From: Candidatus Thalassospirochaeta sargassi
GTDB lineage: Bacteria; Spirochaetota; Spirochaetia; UBA9216
NCBI GenBank assembly: GCA_028532855.1
Contig: JAQQAL010000044.1
Location: 14,334 to 78,333 of the forward strand
Direction: 5' to 3'
DNA: 64,000 bases
Below, piece after piece: positions 1-9,063 of this stretch. A program made the position numbers and the translations under genes. The notes under the pieces were generated by a model. It made no database searches. It had not been told where the DNA came from and saw nothing but the letters and a program-made list of their open reading frames with translations. Every line of letters begins with the position of its first letter. The stretch's first letter is position 1.

Positions 1-1911
1 AAGCAGAGACGGGATTGGTGCATTTTCTGCGTTGATATTGCGATCAGACAATATTATGAATGTCTTGCCGGCCTTTACCTGCTCGATTGCCTCGCTGCAG
101 ATGCGGTTCAGGGCTTCTTCGAGGCCCGTTCCGCCGCTGCCGGCTGGAAATACCGAATTGATTACTGCTGAGCTCATGCCGTGCAGATCAATTGCCTTAA
201 GTCTGATTATGTCGTCGTTGGAAAGAATAGGATGCTGCAGTTTAAGCTGGTGACAGTGTTCTTCCGACTCAGTCAGCAGGTTTCCTTCACGCCCAATAAA
301 GCTCATAAGGCTCATAACCAGGTTTTCACGGTAGGGGTCAATCGGAGGATTGGTTACCTGTGCGAAAAGCTGTTTGAAATAGTCGAACAGCAGCGAAGGT
401 CGTGTAGACAGAATGGCAAGGGCTTCATCGTTGCCCATAGAACTCAGTGGTTCCTTGCCTGAAGCTGCCATGGGGGCTATTACCTTTGTAAGCTCTTCGT
501 GGCTTATTCCGAATACCTTCTGGTATTTCTTAACGGTACCAGGTTCGCTTTGTGTAATCTCAGGAACCTGAAAAAGGCCCCTGAGCTCAATTCTGTTTTC
601 ATCCAGCCATCTGCGGTAGGGCTGAGAGCGTGATATCTCTGATTTAATCTCGTTGTCGTACTTAACCCTGTTTTTGAGCATGTCAACTAAGAGCATTTTT
701 CCCGGAGCAAGTCTTCCGTGTTTCAGGATCTCTTCGGGAGGGAAGTCGAGCACGCCGGATTCCGAAGCAAGCACGAATCTGCCGCTTTTTGTGAGGGTCC
801 ATCTTGCGGGTCTCAGGCCGTTACGGTCGAGCGATGCACCTATCTTTTCACCATCGGTAAAAACAATTGCCGCAGGTCCGTCCCAGGGGGCCATTATAGC
901 GGAGTGGTATTCGTAGAATGCCCGCCGGTCCTGGCTTATGTGATAGGTTTGTCCGAAGGCTTCGGGCATCATCATCATTGCCGAATGTTCGATACTGCGT
1001 CCTGAAGACATTAAAAGCTCAAGTACCGAGTCAAAGTTCGCTGAATCGGACAGGCTGTTGTTTGTGACAGGAAGAAGTTTCTTTAGGTCATCTCCGAATT
1101 CTTCAGAGTACAGATTGGGCTCTCTTGCCCTCATTCGGTTTAGATTGCCTTTAAGCGTGTTTATTTCTCCGTTGTGGGCTATGCAGCGAAAAGGCTGTGC
1201 AAGTATCCAGGAAGGAAAGGTGTTTGTACTGTAGCGTTGATGAACAATTGCAAAGGCCGACTTGAAGTCGGCGTTGCTGAGGTCGTCGAAAAAGCTTTCA
1301 AGCTGTTCGGCAACGAACATTCCCTTGTATACAATTGTTCTTGAGGACATCGAAGCAGTGTAGATGTCTTCAATAGAAAAGTGGGCGTCAGCCGCCTTTC
1401 CGTCAATTACCTTTCGTATAAGGTATAGTCTGCGTTCAAGTTCCTTTCCGCTGAGGCTTCCGCATTTAATGAATGCCTGTTTGATTTCCGGGCGTGAGGC
1501 TTCGGCCTTTTCGCCTATGCAGGAAGGGTTAACCGGGACTTTTCGCCAGCCGAGAATTTCAGCACCGTTTTCGGAGCATGCAGATTCGATTATCTTTACC
1601 GCATCTTTGTTCTGATCCGGATTAAGCGGCAGAAAGAACATTCCTATTCCGTATTTTCCGTCTTCGGGCAGCTTTATTTTCAGGTTCTCACATTCATTCC
1701 TAAAGAAGGTGAATGGAATCTGAAAAAGGATCCCTGCTCCGTCTCCGGTGTTGTCGCTTGTTTCGGCGCCTCTGTGAACGAGTTTCTTAAGGATGGTTAG
1801 GCCGTCTTTAATTATCTGGTGTTCCGGAACGCCCGTGATGTTGGCTGTGAAGCCGATACCGCAGGCATCATGTTCAAATGACGGGTCGTATAAGCCCTGT
1901 TTCTGCTGCAT
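1..1911 (-). CDS. gltB: Glutamate synthase large subunit, 5' part (runs off window start)
   Basis: Reverse strand from ATG at 1911 reads MQQKQGLYDPSFEHDACGIGFTANITG, later HRGA...GDGAG, HQRYSTNTFPSW..AQPFR and HNGEINT. AGGAG RBS upstream. Missing from the ORF track because no stop lies inside the window. Confidence 0.95.
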   Translation of the reverse strand, partial: MQQKQGLYDPSFEHDACGIGFTANITGVPEHQIIKDGLTILKKLVHRGAETSDNTGDGAGILFQIPFTFFRNECENLKIKLPEDGKYGIGMFFLPLNPDQNKDAVKIIESACSENGAEILGWRKVPVNPSCIGEKAEASRPEIKQAFIKCGSLSGKELERRLYLIRKVIDGKAADAHFSIEDIYTASMSSRTIVYKGMFVAEQLESFFDDLSNADFKSAFAIVHQRYSTNTFPSWILAQPFRCIAHNGEINTLKGNLNRMRAREPNLYSEEFGDDLKKLLPVTNNSLSDSANFDSVLELLMSSGRSIEHSAMMMMPEAFGQTYHISQDRRAFYEYHSAIMAPWDGPAAIVFTDGEKIGASLDRNGLRPARWTLTKSGRFVLASESGVLDFPPEEILKHGRLAPGKMLLVDMLKNRVKYDNEIKSEISRSQPYRRWLDENRIELRGLFQVPEITQSEPGTVKKYQKVFGISHEELTKVIAPMAASGKEPLSSMGNDEALAILSTRPSLLFDYFKQLFAQVTNPPIDPYRENLVMSLMSFIGREGNLLTESEEHCHQLKLQHPILSNDDIIRLKAIDLHGMSSAVINSVFPAGSGGTGLEEALNRICSEAIEQVKAGKTFIILSDRNINAENAPIPSLL

Positions 1912-1938
1912 AGAAAACTCCTGAATCTTATCATCGTG

Positions 1939-1978
1939 TTTGTGGCAATATATTGCCACAAAAAATAACGCAGGTCAA
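1939..1978 (-). promoter_or_regulatory. gltB sigma70-like promoter (TTGACC-N17-CAATAT) overlapped by a perfect 24-bp palindrome, putative NrpR operator
   Basis: TTTGTGGCAATATATTGCCACAAA at 1939-1962, core GGCA-N6-TGCC. The -35 TTGACC is at 1978-1973 on the minus strand. Confidence 0.7.
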
Positions 1979-2086
1979 TGTTTTTGTGTGTATAAGGGGC
2001 TTATTGTGGCAAAATCTACCGTAAATTTACGAGTAGAGAGAGGAAACAGCTGTTTGGGGTGATATTTTGAGGGTTTTTACGGTAAT

Positions 2087-3094
2087 TTATCGAAAATACT
2101 GGATGCGCTGGGGCAGAGATGAGAAATGAAAGAGTGAGCTGAAATCGGTTATATCTGATACAGCATGGGAAATAACGGTGAAATTGTTTTCAATAAGCGC
2201 GGCAATCGGGTTGAGACCGCCTATTGCAATGCCGCCCGCACGACCCACATTTATCGGTATTTCAAGCAGCGGATGTTCCGGGTATCCGAATTTAAGCACA
2301 TTGCCCAGACCCAGCTTCTCCAGCCGGCCGGCAATGCGAGCAGCCTGTCGTCTGGCTTCTGACGGAATCTCGAAAAGGTTGGCGCCAATTCGCCCCCTGC
2401 CTGATTCGCTGATTTCGGAAAAATCCAACATCCTGCTCTGAATGAAAATTTCAAGCGGATCGATACTTGTTCCGTCGTAGTTGATAATCTCAACAAAGCG
2501 TGTCGGGTCACCACCCTCTATCTGTAGAAGTCCGCCGAAGCGGGATTGAACGGGAATGCCGTTTTTTGTGAGCACTCCGTTAAGGGTGAACGAGCAGACG
2601 GTTCCTATACCGATGTATCCTTCAGGGACGGTGTAGATACCGGTCTGTTCTCCTTCCTTGTATAGACGAATCAGCTGCCCCATTGTGTAGCCGGTTCTGT
2701 ATACGGGAATTAGAAGCTCAACGGCTTTATCGAGTTCAGTTTTTTTAATGTAGCTGATATTTATGATAACCGAACCCTTTTGGTTCCTGATGTCGAAATC
2801 CATCCGCCAGGCCATCTGTTCAATCCTGGTGTTCAGGAAGCCTACCTTCTCAAAAACCCTGGATGCTTCAAGCTCGCGGATCCCGGTTGCTGTTATGAAT
2901 CGCCCGTGTTTTTCTGAATATTCGGTAAGACCTTCCTCGTCCATTGATTTAAGGTGGTGCCGAATTGTTCTGGGACTTATATCATATCCGAGATCAAGCA
3001 ACTCATCAGTAATGATGTTGCTTGCAAGCGGTTCCCCGGCGTCCCGGAGTACTCTTAATATTGCAAGGCGTTTCTTTTCAATCCGATCCTTCAT
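2087..3094 (-). CDS. nrpR: NrpR-family nitrogen repressor (winged HTH + single NRD/DUF128 domain)
   Basis: N-terminal ILRVL...GYDISPRTIRHHLKSMDEEGLT wHTH. NRD motifs GIGTVCSFTLNGVL..GIP, FGGLL, YDGTSIDPLEIFI and GGLNPIAAL. Adjacent to gltB. Confidence 0.85.
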   Translation of the reverse strand: MKDRIEKKRLAILRVLRDAGEPLASNIITDELLDLGYDISPRTIRHHLKSMDEEGLTEYSEKHGRFITATGIRELEASRVFEKVGFLNTRIEQMAWRMDFDIRNQKGSVIINISYIKKTELDKAVELLIPVYRTGYTMGQLIRLYKEGEQTGIYTVPEGYIGIGTVCSFTLNGVLTKNGIPVQSRFGGLLQIEGGDPTRFVEIINYDGTSIDPLEIFIQSRMLDFSEISESGRGRIGANLFEIPSEARRQAARIAGRLEKLGLGNVLKFGYPEHPLLEIPINVGRAGGIAIGGLNPIAALIENNFTVISHAVSDITDFSSLFHFSSLPQRIQYFR

Positions 3095-3201
3095 GTATGT
3101 AGATAATTACATGAGTTTGCATAACATGTAAAGTTAAAATTATCCTTTTTACAATTACAGGTATTAACTATATGTATATATTGGGATATATTTTAATTGA
3201 A

Positions 3202-3217
3202 CCTACGTAAATGTAGG
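3202..3217. promoter_or_regulatory. CCTAC-N6-GTAGG box abutting the activator start codon (putative autoregulatory site)
   Basis: CCTACGTAAATGTAGG, with one arm mismatch relative to the 4783-4798 box. Confidence 0.6.
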
Positions 3218-4774
3218 ATGGAGAAGACAAATTTGACAGATATCAGAGATTCCCACTATCGCAGACAGGTAATAGAACAGTCTGCTCTCTATGAGATAAG
3301 CAGTATTCTTGACGGCAGTGAAGATCTTCAACATGCTATTTCCCCTATTCTTGATGTACTTGCTGATCAGCTTGATATGAAGCGAAGTACGGTTACCCTT
3401 CTTAACAGGCTTACTGATGAGGTCCAGATAGAAGCGGCACACGGGCTTTCGGAGCAGCAGCGGATTAGGGGTAGATACAGCCCTGGTGAAGGTATAATAG
3501 GAAGGGTTATAAAAAGCGGCGAGTATGAAGTGATTCCAGATATCAGTGATGAGCCTGATTTTCTGGACCGGACACAGGCGCGAGCGTCACTTCAGGGTAG
3601 ACGAAATGCTTTTATATGTCTTCCCATCAAGATTGAGGGCCGGGTTATAGGTACCTTGAGTATTGACCGTGTACATGACGGTGAGGATGATTTCAGCAGC
3701 GACGTCAGGTTTTTAAGTATTGTTGCTTCCATGATAGCCCAGGCTGTTAAGGTTAGACGTCGGGTCCAGGAAGAGAAGGATCGAAATAAAGAGCTTCAGA
3801 AAAAGCTTGAAAATAAATTCACACCAACAAACATAATTGGAAAATCCAATGCGATGCGTGAGGTTTTTGATCTGGTTGAACAGGTTTCAAACAGCAGCGC
3901 AACGGTTCTGATTCGCGGTGAGAGCGGAACCGGAAAGGAGCTTGTGGCCCAGGCTATTCACTATAACAGCCCCCGGGCACATCTTCCCTTTATAAAGGTG
4001 AACTGTGCGGCATTGCCGGAGTCGGTGATTGAAAGCGAGCTGTTCGGCCATGAAAAGGGGGCGTTCACTTCAGCAATTGCTTCACGAAAAGGTCGTTTTG
4101 AGCTTGCGCATAACGGTACAATATTCCTCGATGAAATTGGTGAACTTTCGCCTATGACCCAGGTTAAGCTGTTGAGGGTTCTTCAGGAACAGGAATTTGA
4201 GCGGGTTGGCGGTACTGAAACCATCAAGATCAATGTTCGGGTAATCGCAGCGACAAACCGTCCCCTTGAAGAAATGATGACTTCAGGAGAGTTCCGGGAG
4301 GATCTTTATTATCGCCTGAATGTTTTTCCGGTGAACATGCCCCCCCTGCGGGAGCGGAAATCGGATATTATTCTGATTGCGGATGCCTTTGCTGAAAAGT
4401 ATGGTAAGCGCAATAATAAGGAAATAAAAAGAATTTCAACCCCAGCCATAGAGCTTTTGATGAGTTATCACTGGCCTGGAAACGTTCGTGAGTTGGAAAA
4501 CTGTATTGAGAGGGCCGTGCTTCTTACCTCCGACGGAGTTATTCACGGTAACCTTCTGCCGCCAAGCCTTCAGTCGGCTGAATCTACCGACAGTGCTTCA
4601 ATTACGGGGCTTCAGGCTGCACTTGACCGGTTGGAAGTAGAGCTTCTTGAAGAAGCGCTGAAGTCGACTAAAGGAAATATGGCAAAGGCTGCACGTCTGC
4701 TTGAGATTACCGAGCGTAAGATGGGCTTAAGGGTCGCGAAATACGGTATAGATCCGAAAAAATACGGAAGTTAA
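3218..4774 (+). CDS. NifA-like sigma-54 enhancer-binding protein (GAF-AAA+-Fis HTH)
   Basis: N-terminal GAF, Walker A GESGTGKE, ESELFGHEKGAFTSA, FLDEIGE, WPGNVRELEN and C-terminal GNMAKAARLL HTH. ATG 3218 preferred over TTG 3197. Confidence 0.92.
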   Translation: MEKTNLTDIRDSHYRRQVIEQSALYEISSILDGSEDLQHAISPILDVLADQLDMKRSTVTLLNRLTDEVQIEAAHGLSEQQRIRGRYSPGEGIIGRVIKSGEYEVIPDISDEPDFLDRTQARASLQGRRNAFICLPIKIEGRVIGTLSIDRVHDGEDDFSSDVRFLSIVASMIAQAVKVRRRVQEEKDRNKELQKKLENKFTPTNIIGKSNAMREVFDLVEQVSNSSATVLIRGESGTGKELVAQAIHYNSPRAHLPFIKVNCAALPESVIESELFGHEKGAFTSAIASRKGRFELAHNGTIFLDEIGELSPMTQVKLLRVLQEQEFERVGGTETIKINVRVIAATNRPLEEMMTSGEFREDLYYRLNVFPVNMPPLRERKSDIILIADAFAEKYGKRNNKEIKRISTPAIELLMSYHWPGNVRELENCIERAVLLTSDGVIHGNLLPPSLQSAESTDSASITGLQAALDRLEVELLEEALKSTKGNMAKAARLLEITERKMGLRVAKYGIDPKKYGS

Positions 4775-4780
4775 AAAAAC

Positions 4781-4830
4781 ATCCTACATTTTTGTAGGAT
4801 TAAGTCGGATCGGAAACAAAAATGTAGGAA
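4781..4830. promoter_or_regulatory. Tandem upstream activator sites for the amtB sigma-54 promoter
   Basis: ATCCTACA-TTTT-TGTAGGAT (4781-4800, perfect arms) and GGAAACA-AAAA-TGTAGGAA (4812-4830). Centres are 30 bp apart, followed by a very AT-rich spacer. Confidence 0.7.
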
Positions 4831-4934
4831 AATACCTTAAGGTATAAAAGTTGAATTTTAATAAAGAAAAATATATTTTTTATAAATCTATATACAGCAA
4901 TAACTTATAGTTTTTAATATTTTTTTCATGAAAG

Positions 4935-4951
4935 TTGGCACGTCGCTTGCA
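4935..4951 (+). promoter_or_regulatory. sigma-54 (-24/-12) promoter of amtB-glnK
   Basis: TTGGCACGTCGCTTGCA, a near-perfect TGGCAC-N5-TTGCA with GG-N10-GC. Confidence 0.88.
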
Positions 4952-4990
4952 TTATAGGAAGTGGGTAGAAAAACTTTCGAGGAGAAAAAT

Positions 4991-6325
4991 ATGAAGATTA
5001 AGAGGATTTTAATCCTTACAGCAGCCGGTTTGCTTTTGACTGGAACAGCGTTATTTGCTGATGACACGGCTGACACCCTGGCGCTCTATTCAGACGCCTT
5101 CGACATGATTTGGCTGGTTCTGGCCGCAGCGCTTGTCTTTTTTATGCAGGCCGGATTCGCAATGGTCGAGGTCGGTTTGACAAGAGCCAAGAATGCCGGA
5201 AATATCATCATGAAAAACCTGATGGATTTCTCTGCTGGAGCAGTAGCGTTCTTTGCCGTAGGCTGGGCTTTTATGTACGGTTCGACTGCAGGAGGATTTA
5301 TTGGTACCGATCAGTTCTTTATTCTTGGAGCTGATTCCGCAGTACTTAGAGACTGGATTTTCCAGGTAGTATTTGCAGCTACAGCAGCGACAATCGTGTC
5401 CGGAGCTATGGCTGAAAGAACAAAGTTTACCAGTTATTTGATTTATTCTGTTGTAATTTCAGCAGTAATTTATCCGATATCAGGACACTGGATATGGAGC
5501 GGAGTAGGCTGGTTAGGTAATCTTGGCTTTCATGATTTTGCCGGTTCTACTGTTGTGCACTCCGTAGGTGGATGGGCTGCTCTTGCCGGAGCAATAGTAC
5601 TTGGTCCCAGAATGGGAAAATATGTCGAAGTGAACGGTAAGAAGATAAGCAAAGCCATTCCTGGGCATAACATGCCTCTTGCAGCTCTGGGTGTTTTCAT
5701 CCTGTGGTTCGGCTGGTATGGATTTAACTGCGGATCAACTCTTTCAGGTACTGATCTAAGTATATCACATGTAGCTGTAACAACTACATTAGCTGCTTCA
5801 ACCGGTGCAATCGGAGCAATGATTACATCCTGGATTCAGTTTGGAAGACCGGACCCTTCAATGTCGCTTAACGGTGCACTTGCGGGTCTTGTAGGAATTA
5901 CAGCCGGTACAGCAGTAGTTTCTCCGATAGGATCACTGATAATCGGTCTTGTCGCAGGTATCCTTGTAGTTCTTTCGGTTGAGTTTTTTGACAAGGTTCT
6001 GAAGATTGATGACCCTGTTGGAGCCGTTTCAGTACATGGGGTGTGCGGAGTATGGGGAACAATAGCTGTTGGCCTGTTTGCTGTGCCCGGTGCACTGGAT
6101 AATGCCGGTCTGTTCTACGGCGGCGGCGCTGCACAGCTTGGTATTCAGGCACTAGGAGCAGTATCAGTTTTTGCATGGGTGTTCATCCTGGCATTATTGC
6201 TTTTTACCATTATCAGCAAGACTGTTGGACTTAGAGTTGATTCAAAAGACGAGCTTGAAGGTCTTGATACAAGCGAGCATGGAATGGAATCGTACAGCGG
6301 TTTCCAGATTTTCAGCAACATGTAG
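4991..6325 (+). CDS. amtB: Ammonium transporter
   Basis: FMQAGFAMVE, SGAMAER, HDFAGSTVVH, LWFGWYGFN, DDPVGAVSVHG. Signal-peptide-like N-terminus. GAGGAG RBS before ATG 4991. Confidence 0.96.
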   Translation: MKIKRILILTAAGLLLTGTALFADDTADTLALYSDAFDMIWLVLAAALVFFMQAGFAMVEVGLTRAKNAGNIIMKNLMDFSAGAVAFFAVGWAFMYGSTAGGFIGTDQFFILGADSAVLRDWIFQVVFAATAATIVSGAMAERTKFTSYLIYSVVISAVIYPISGHWIWSGVGWLGNLGFHDFAGSTVVHSVGGWAALAGAIVLGPRMGKYVEVNGKKISKAIPGHNMPLAALGVFILWFGWYGFNCGSTLSGTDLSISHVAVTTTLAASTGAIGAMITSWIQFGRPDPSMSLNGALAGLVGITAGTAVVSPIGSLIIGLVAGILVVLSVEFFDKVLKIDDPVGAVSVHGVCGVWGTIAVGLFAVPGALDNAGLFYGGGAAQLGIQALGAVSVFAWVFILALLLFTIISKTVGLRVDSKDELEGLDTSEHGMESYSGFQIFSNM

Positions 6326-6339
6326 GGAGGAGATGAAAG

Positions 6340-6681
6340 ATGAAGTTAATTACAGCTTTTATTCAGCCGCATATGCTGAATGACGTAAAACAGGAATTGT
6401 ATAAGAATGAGATTTATAAAATGTCCGTAACCAATACATTGGGTTGCGGTCAGCAGATGGGTTACCATGAATCATACAGAGGTGTTGATATTGAGGTTAA
6501 TCTGCTGAAAAAAATAAGGCTTGATATTGCAGTCAATGAAGACTTCGTTAAGCCGACCGTCGATGCTATCATCGAGGGAGCAAGAACCGGAGAAATTGGA
6601 GACGGCAAAATCTTCGTGACGCCCATTGAGGAATGTATCCGAATAAGAAACGGAGAAACCGGAAGGGTAGCTATCGGATAA
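6340..6681 (+). CDS. glnK: PII signal transduction protein (amtB-linked, GlnK type)
   Basis: GCGQQMG...YRG T-loop, [22 protein letters not shown]. Strong GGGAGGAG RBS. Confidence 0.93.
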   Translation: MKLITAFIQPHMLNDVKQELYKNEIYKMSVTNTLGCGQQMGYHESYRGVDIEVNLLKKIRLDIAVNEDFVKPTVDAIIEGARTGEIGDGKIFVTPIEECIRIRNGETGRVAIG

Positions 6682-6837
6682 TCCGATAAACTTGGGTCGG
6701 CGGACTTTTGTTCGCCGCTCTTAGTTGAGAAGCAGAATTTATCTGCTTCTCAACTAAGGGGTGGTTCCCTTTGTTTGTGTGTGGAGGAATCGACGATGTC
6801 GATTCCTCTGAAGAAGCGGGTTTCCCGCTTCTTCAGA
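6672..6837 (+). other. Array of strong stem-loops between glnK and glnA
   Basis: Inverted repeats: TATCGGA/TCCGATA (6672-6688), CGGCGGAC/GTTCGCCG (6698-6717), a 16-bp perfect TTAGTTGAGAAGCAGA/TCTGCTTCTCAACTAA (6721-6757), GAGGAATCGAC/GTCGATTCCTC (6784-6808) and CTGAAGAAGCGGG/CCCGCTTCTTCAG (6808-6836). Confidence 0.75.
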
Positions 6838-6900
6838 TATATAACCAAAAAATTATCTGCTATGACAGATTTGGAGAATAAAATTTTAAGGAGTTTTCAA

Positions 6901-9024
6901 ATGAATTGTGCTGTTGATTTTTCAGCTGCTCAGCTGCATGAAATTTACGGAGCTAACTGCTTCTCTGACTCGGAGATGAGAGCAAGGCTGCCTAAGAGTG
7001 TCTACAAAGAAGTTAAAGAGGTTCAGGAGGGTGCTAAGCCCCTGACACTGGCTGTTGCAGAGGTTGTTGCTTCCGCAATGAAAGACTGGGCAATCGATAA
7101 GGGGGCCACTCACTATACACACTGGTTTCAGCCATTGACAGGATCAACTGCAGAGAAACATGATTCTTTTATCTCACCACTGCCTGACGGCAAGGTTATG
7201 ATGGAGTTTTCAGGAAAGGAACTGATTAAGGGTGAGCCCGATGCATCAAGTTTCCCTTCGGGGGGCTTGAGAGCGACCTTTGAAGCAAGAGGGTATACTG
7301 CCTGGGACACTACATCTCCTGCCTTCGTCCGTGAAGATGAATCAGGGGTTACGCTTTGTATACCTACCGCATTTGTTTCATACAACGGAGAGGCTCTTGA
7401 TAAGAAGGTGCCACTGCTGCGGTCGATGGATGCACTTAATGCACAGGCTCTAAGAGTTCTGAAAACTCTTGGTGTTGATGCCGGTAAGGTAACACCTACA
7501 ATTGGTCCCGAACAGGAATACTTTCTTATCCAGAGAGAACTTTATGACAAACGATCAGACCTCATGCTCAGCGGACGGACAGTTTTTGGAACTATGCCAG
7601 CTAAGGGTCAGGAAATGGATGACCATTATTTTGGTAATATAAAAGAAAAAGCAGCTGCTTTTATGAGCGAACTGAACTACGAGCTTTGGAAGCTTGGAAT
7701 ATCGGCAAAGACTCAGCACAATGAAGTAGCTCCGAACCAGTTCGAGCTTGCTCCAATTTTCGATTCAGCCAATGTTGCTACCGACAGGAATCAGCTTGTA
7801 ATGGCAAGCATGGAAAAAATTGCAGCCCGTCATGGAATGGTTGCACTTCTGCATGAGAAACCATTTGCAGGTGTAAACGGCTCAGGTAAGCACAACAACT
7901 GGTCCATGTCTACGGATACAGGATTGAACCTGCTGGAACCTGGTGCCAGCCCTGAGGATAATGCAAACTTTCTTTTATTCCTGGTAGCAGTTATTAAAGC
8001 TGTAGATGTATATGCGGATCTGCTCAGGGCAACCGCTTCAAATTCAGGTAATGATCACAGGCTTGGTGCTAACGAAGCCCCTCCCGCGATTATTTCAATC
8101 TTTCTTGGCGAACAGCTAGAAAGCATTCTGGAAAGTCTTTCAGAGGGCAAGCCTGTTCAGTCTGCAACCGGCGAAACCCTTGAAATCGGTATGACTAGTC
8201 TTCCGGATCTTCCGAAAGACCTTACTGACCGGAACAGAACGTCGCCCTTTGCTTTCACGGGTAACAAATTTGAGTTCAGGATGGTACCGTCTTCCGCTTC
8301 TATTGCCGGACCTAATACGGCTCTGAATACCGCGGTAGCAGAGATTCTTTCCGATTTTGCTGACAGACTTGAAAAAGCGTCTGATATCAAAGCGGAAATT
8401 GCAGCAATTGTAAAAGAAACATATAAGGCGCATAAGCGTGTGATTTTTAACGGCAACGGATACTCAGATGAATGGGTTGAAGAGGCGGAGAAGAGGGGAC
8501 TTCCGAACATTAAATCCACCATTGAAGCTATTCCCGTATACGAGGGAAGTCCTTCAGTTGAGCTATTTGGAAAACATGGTGTTTTCTCAAAAGAAGAGCT
8601 TGAATCCAGGGTTGAGATTTATCTGGAAAAATACAGTATGCAGATCAATGTTGAAGCAAAGATTATGGTGGAAATGGCTGAAAAGCAGATTTACGCCGCC
8701 GCGGCCAGATACGGCAAGGCTCTCAGTGAGACTATCCTGAAAGCCAAGGAAGCTGTTGCGTCATTCAATACCGGTGTATACGAAAAAACTATGATGAAGC
8801 TTTCAGAAAATGTTAATGGTCTTATGGAGACGGTTGAGGAGCTTAAGGCTCTTATTGCCAAGGCCGGAGACGAAGAAGATGTTAAGAAGGCTGCATCATT
8901 GTTCAGGAACGAAGTATTCGCAAAGATGGGAGAGGTAAGAGAGTACGGAGATGCTCTTGAAGAAATTATCCCGAAAGATGAATGGCCGTTCCCGACTTAC
9001 GAAGACCTCCTTTTCAGGCTCTAG
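6901..9024 (+). CDS. glnA: Glutamine synthetase type III
   Basis: GATHYTHWFQPLTG.TAEKHD, GEPDASSFPSGGLRATFEARGY, HNEVAPNQFE, HEKPFAGVNGSGKHNNWS, DRNRTSPFAFTGNKFEFR. The AAGGAG RBS supports ATG 6901 rather than 6775. Confidence 0.95.
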   Translation: MNCAVDFSAAQLHEIYGANCFSDSEMRARLPKSVYKEVKEVQEGAKPLTLAVAEVVASAMKDWAIDKGATHYTHWFQPLTGSTAEKHDSFISPLPDGKVMMEFSGKELIKGEPDASSFPSGGLRATFEARGYTAWDTTSPAFVREDESGVTLCIPTAFVSYNGEALDKKVPLLRSMDALNAQALRVLKTLGVDAGKVTPTIGPEQEYFLIQRELYDKRSDLMLSGRTVFGTMPAKGQEMDDHYFGNIKEKAAAFMSELNYELWKLGISAKTQHNEVAPNQFELAPIFDSANVATDRNQLVMASMEKIAARHGMVALLHEKPFAGVNGSGKHNNWSMSTDTGLNLLEPGASPEDNANFLLFLVAVIKAVDVYADLLRATASNSGNDHRLGANEAPPAIISIFLGEQLESILESLSEGKPVQSATGETLEIGMTSLPDLPKDLTDRNRTSPFAFTGNKFEFRMVPSSASIAGPNTALNTAVAEILSDFADRLEKASDIKAEIAAIVKETYKAHKRVIFNGNGYSDEWVEEAEKRGLPNIKSTIEAIPVYEGSPSVELFGKHGVFSKEELESRVEIYLEKYSMQINVEAKIMVEMAEKQIYAAAARYGKALSETILKAKEAVASFNTGVYEKTMMKLSENVNGLMETVEELKALIAKAGDEEDVKKAASLFRNEVFAKMGEVREYGDALEEIIPKDEWPFPTYEDLLFRL

Positions 9025-9063
9025 GTAACTCCCCTGGGCTGTTGATATCTCCATATTTGTCTT

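Noticed and set aside
32-1615. Several short ORFs in the ORF track
   Set aside because: They are antisense or alternate-frame shadows of gltB, which the track missed because it runs off the window.
3218-4774. Calling this nifA and inferring nitrogen fixation
   Set aside because: No nif genes in the window, and the enhancer motif is not TGT-N10-ACA.
6672-6837. Possible CRISPR or REP array
   Set aside because: The hairpins have unrelated sequences, there is no repeat-spacer periodicity, and no cas genes are present.
6775-6900. N-terminal extension of GSIII in the ORF track
   Set aside because: It runs through the hairpin array. The clear SD and family-like sequence begin at 6901.
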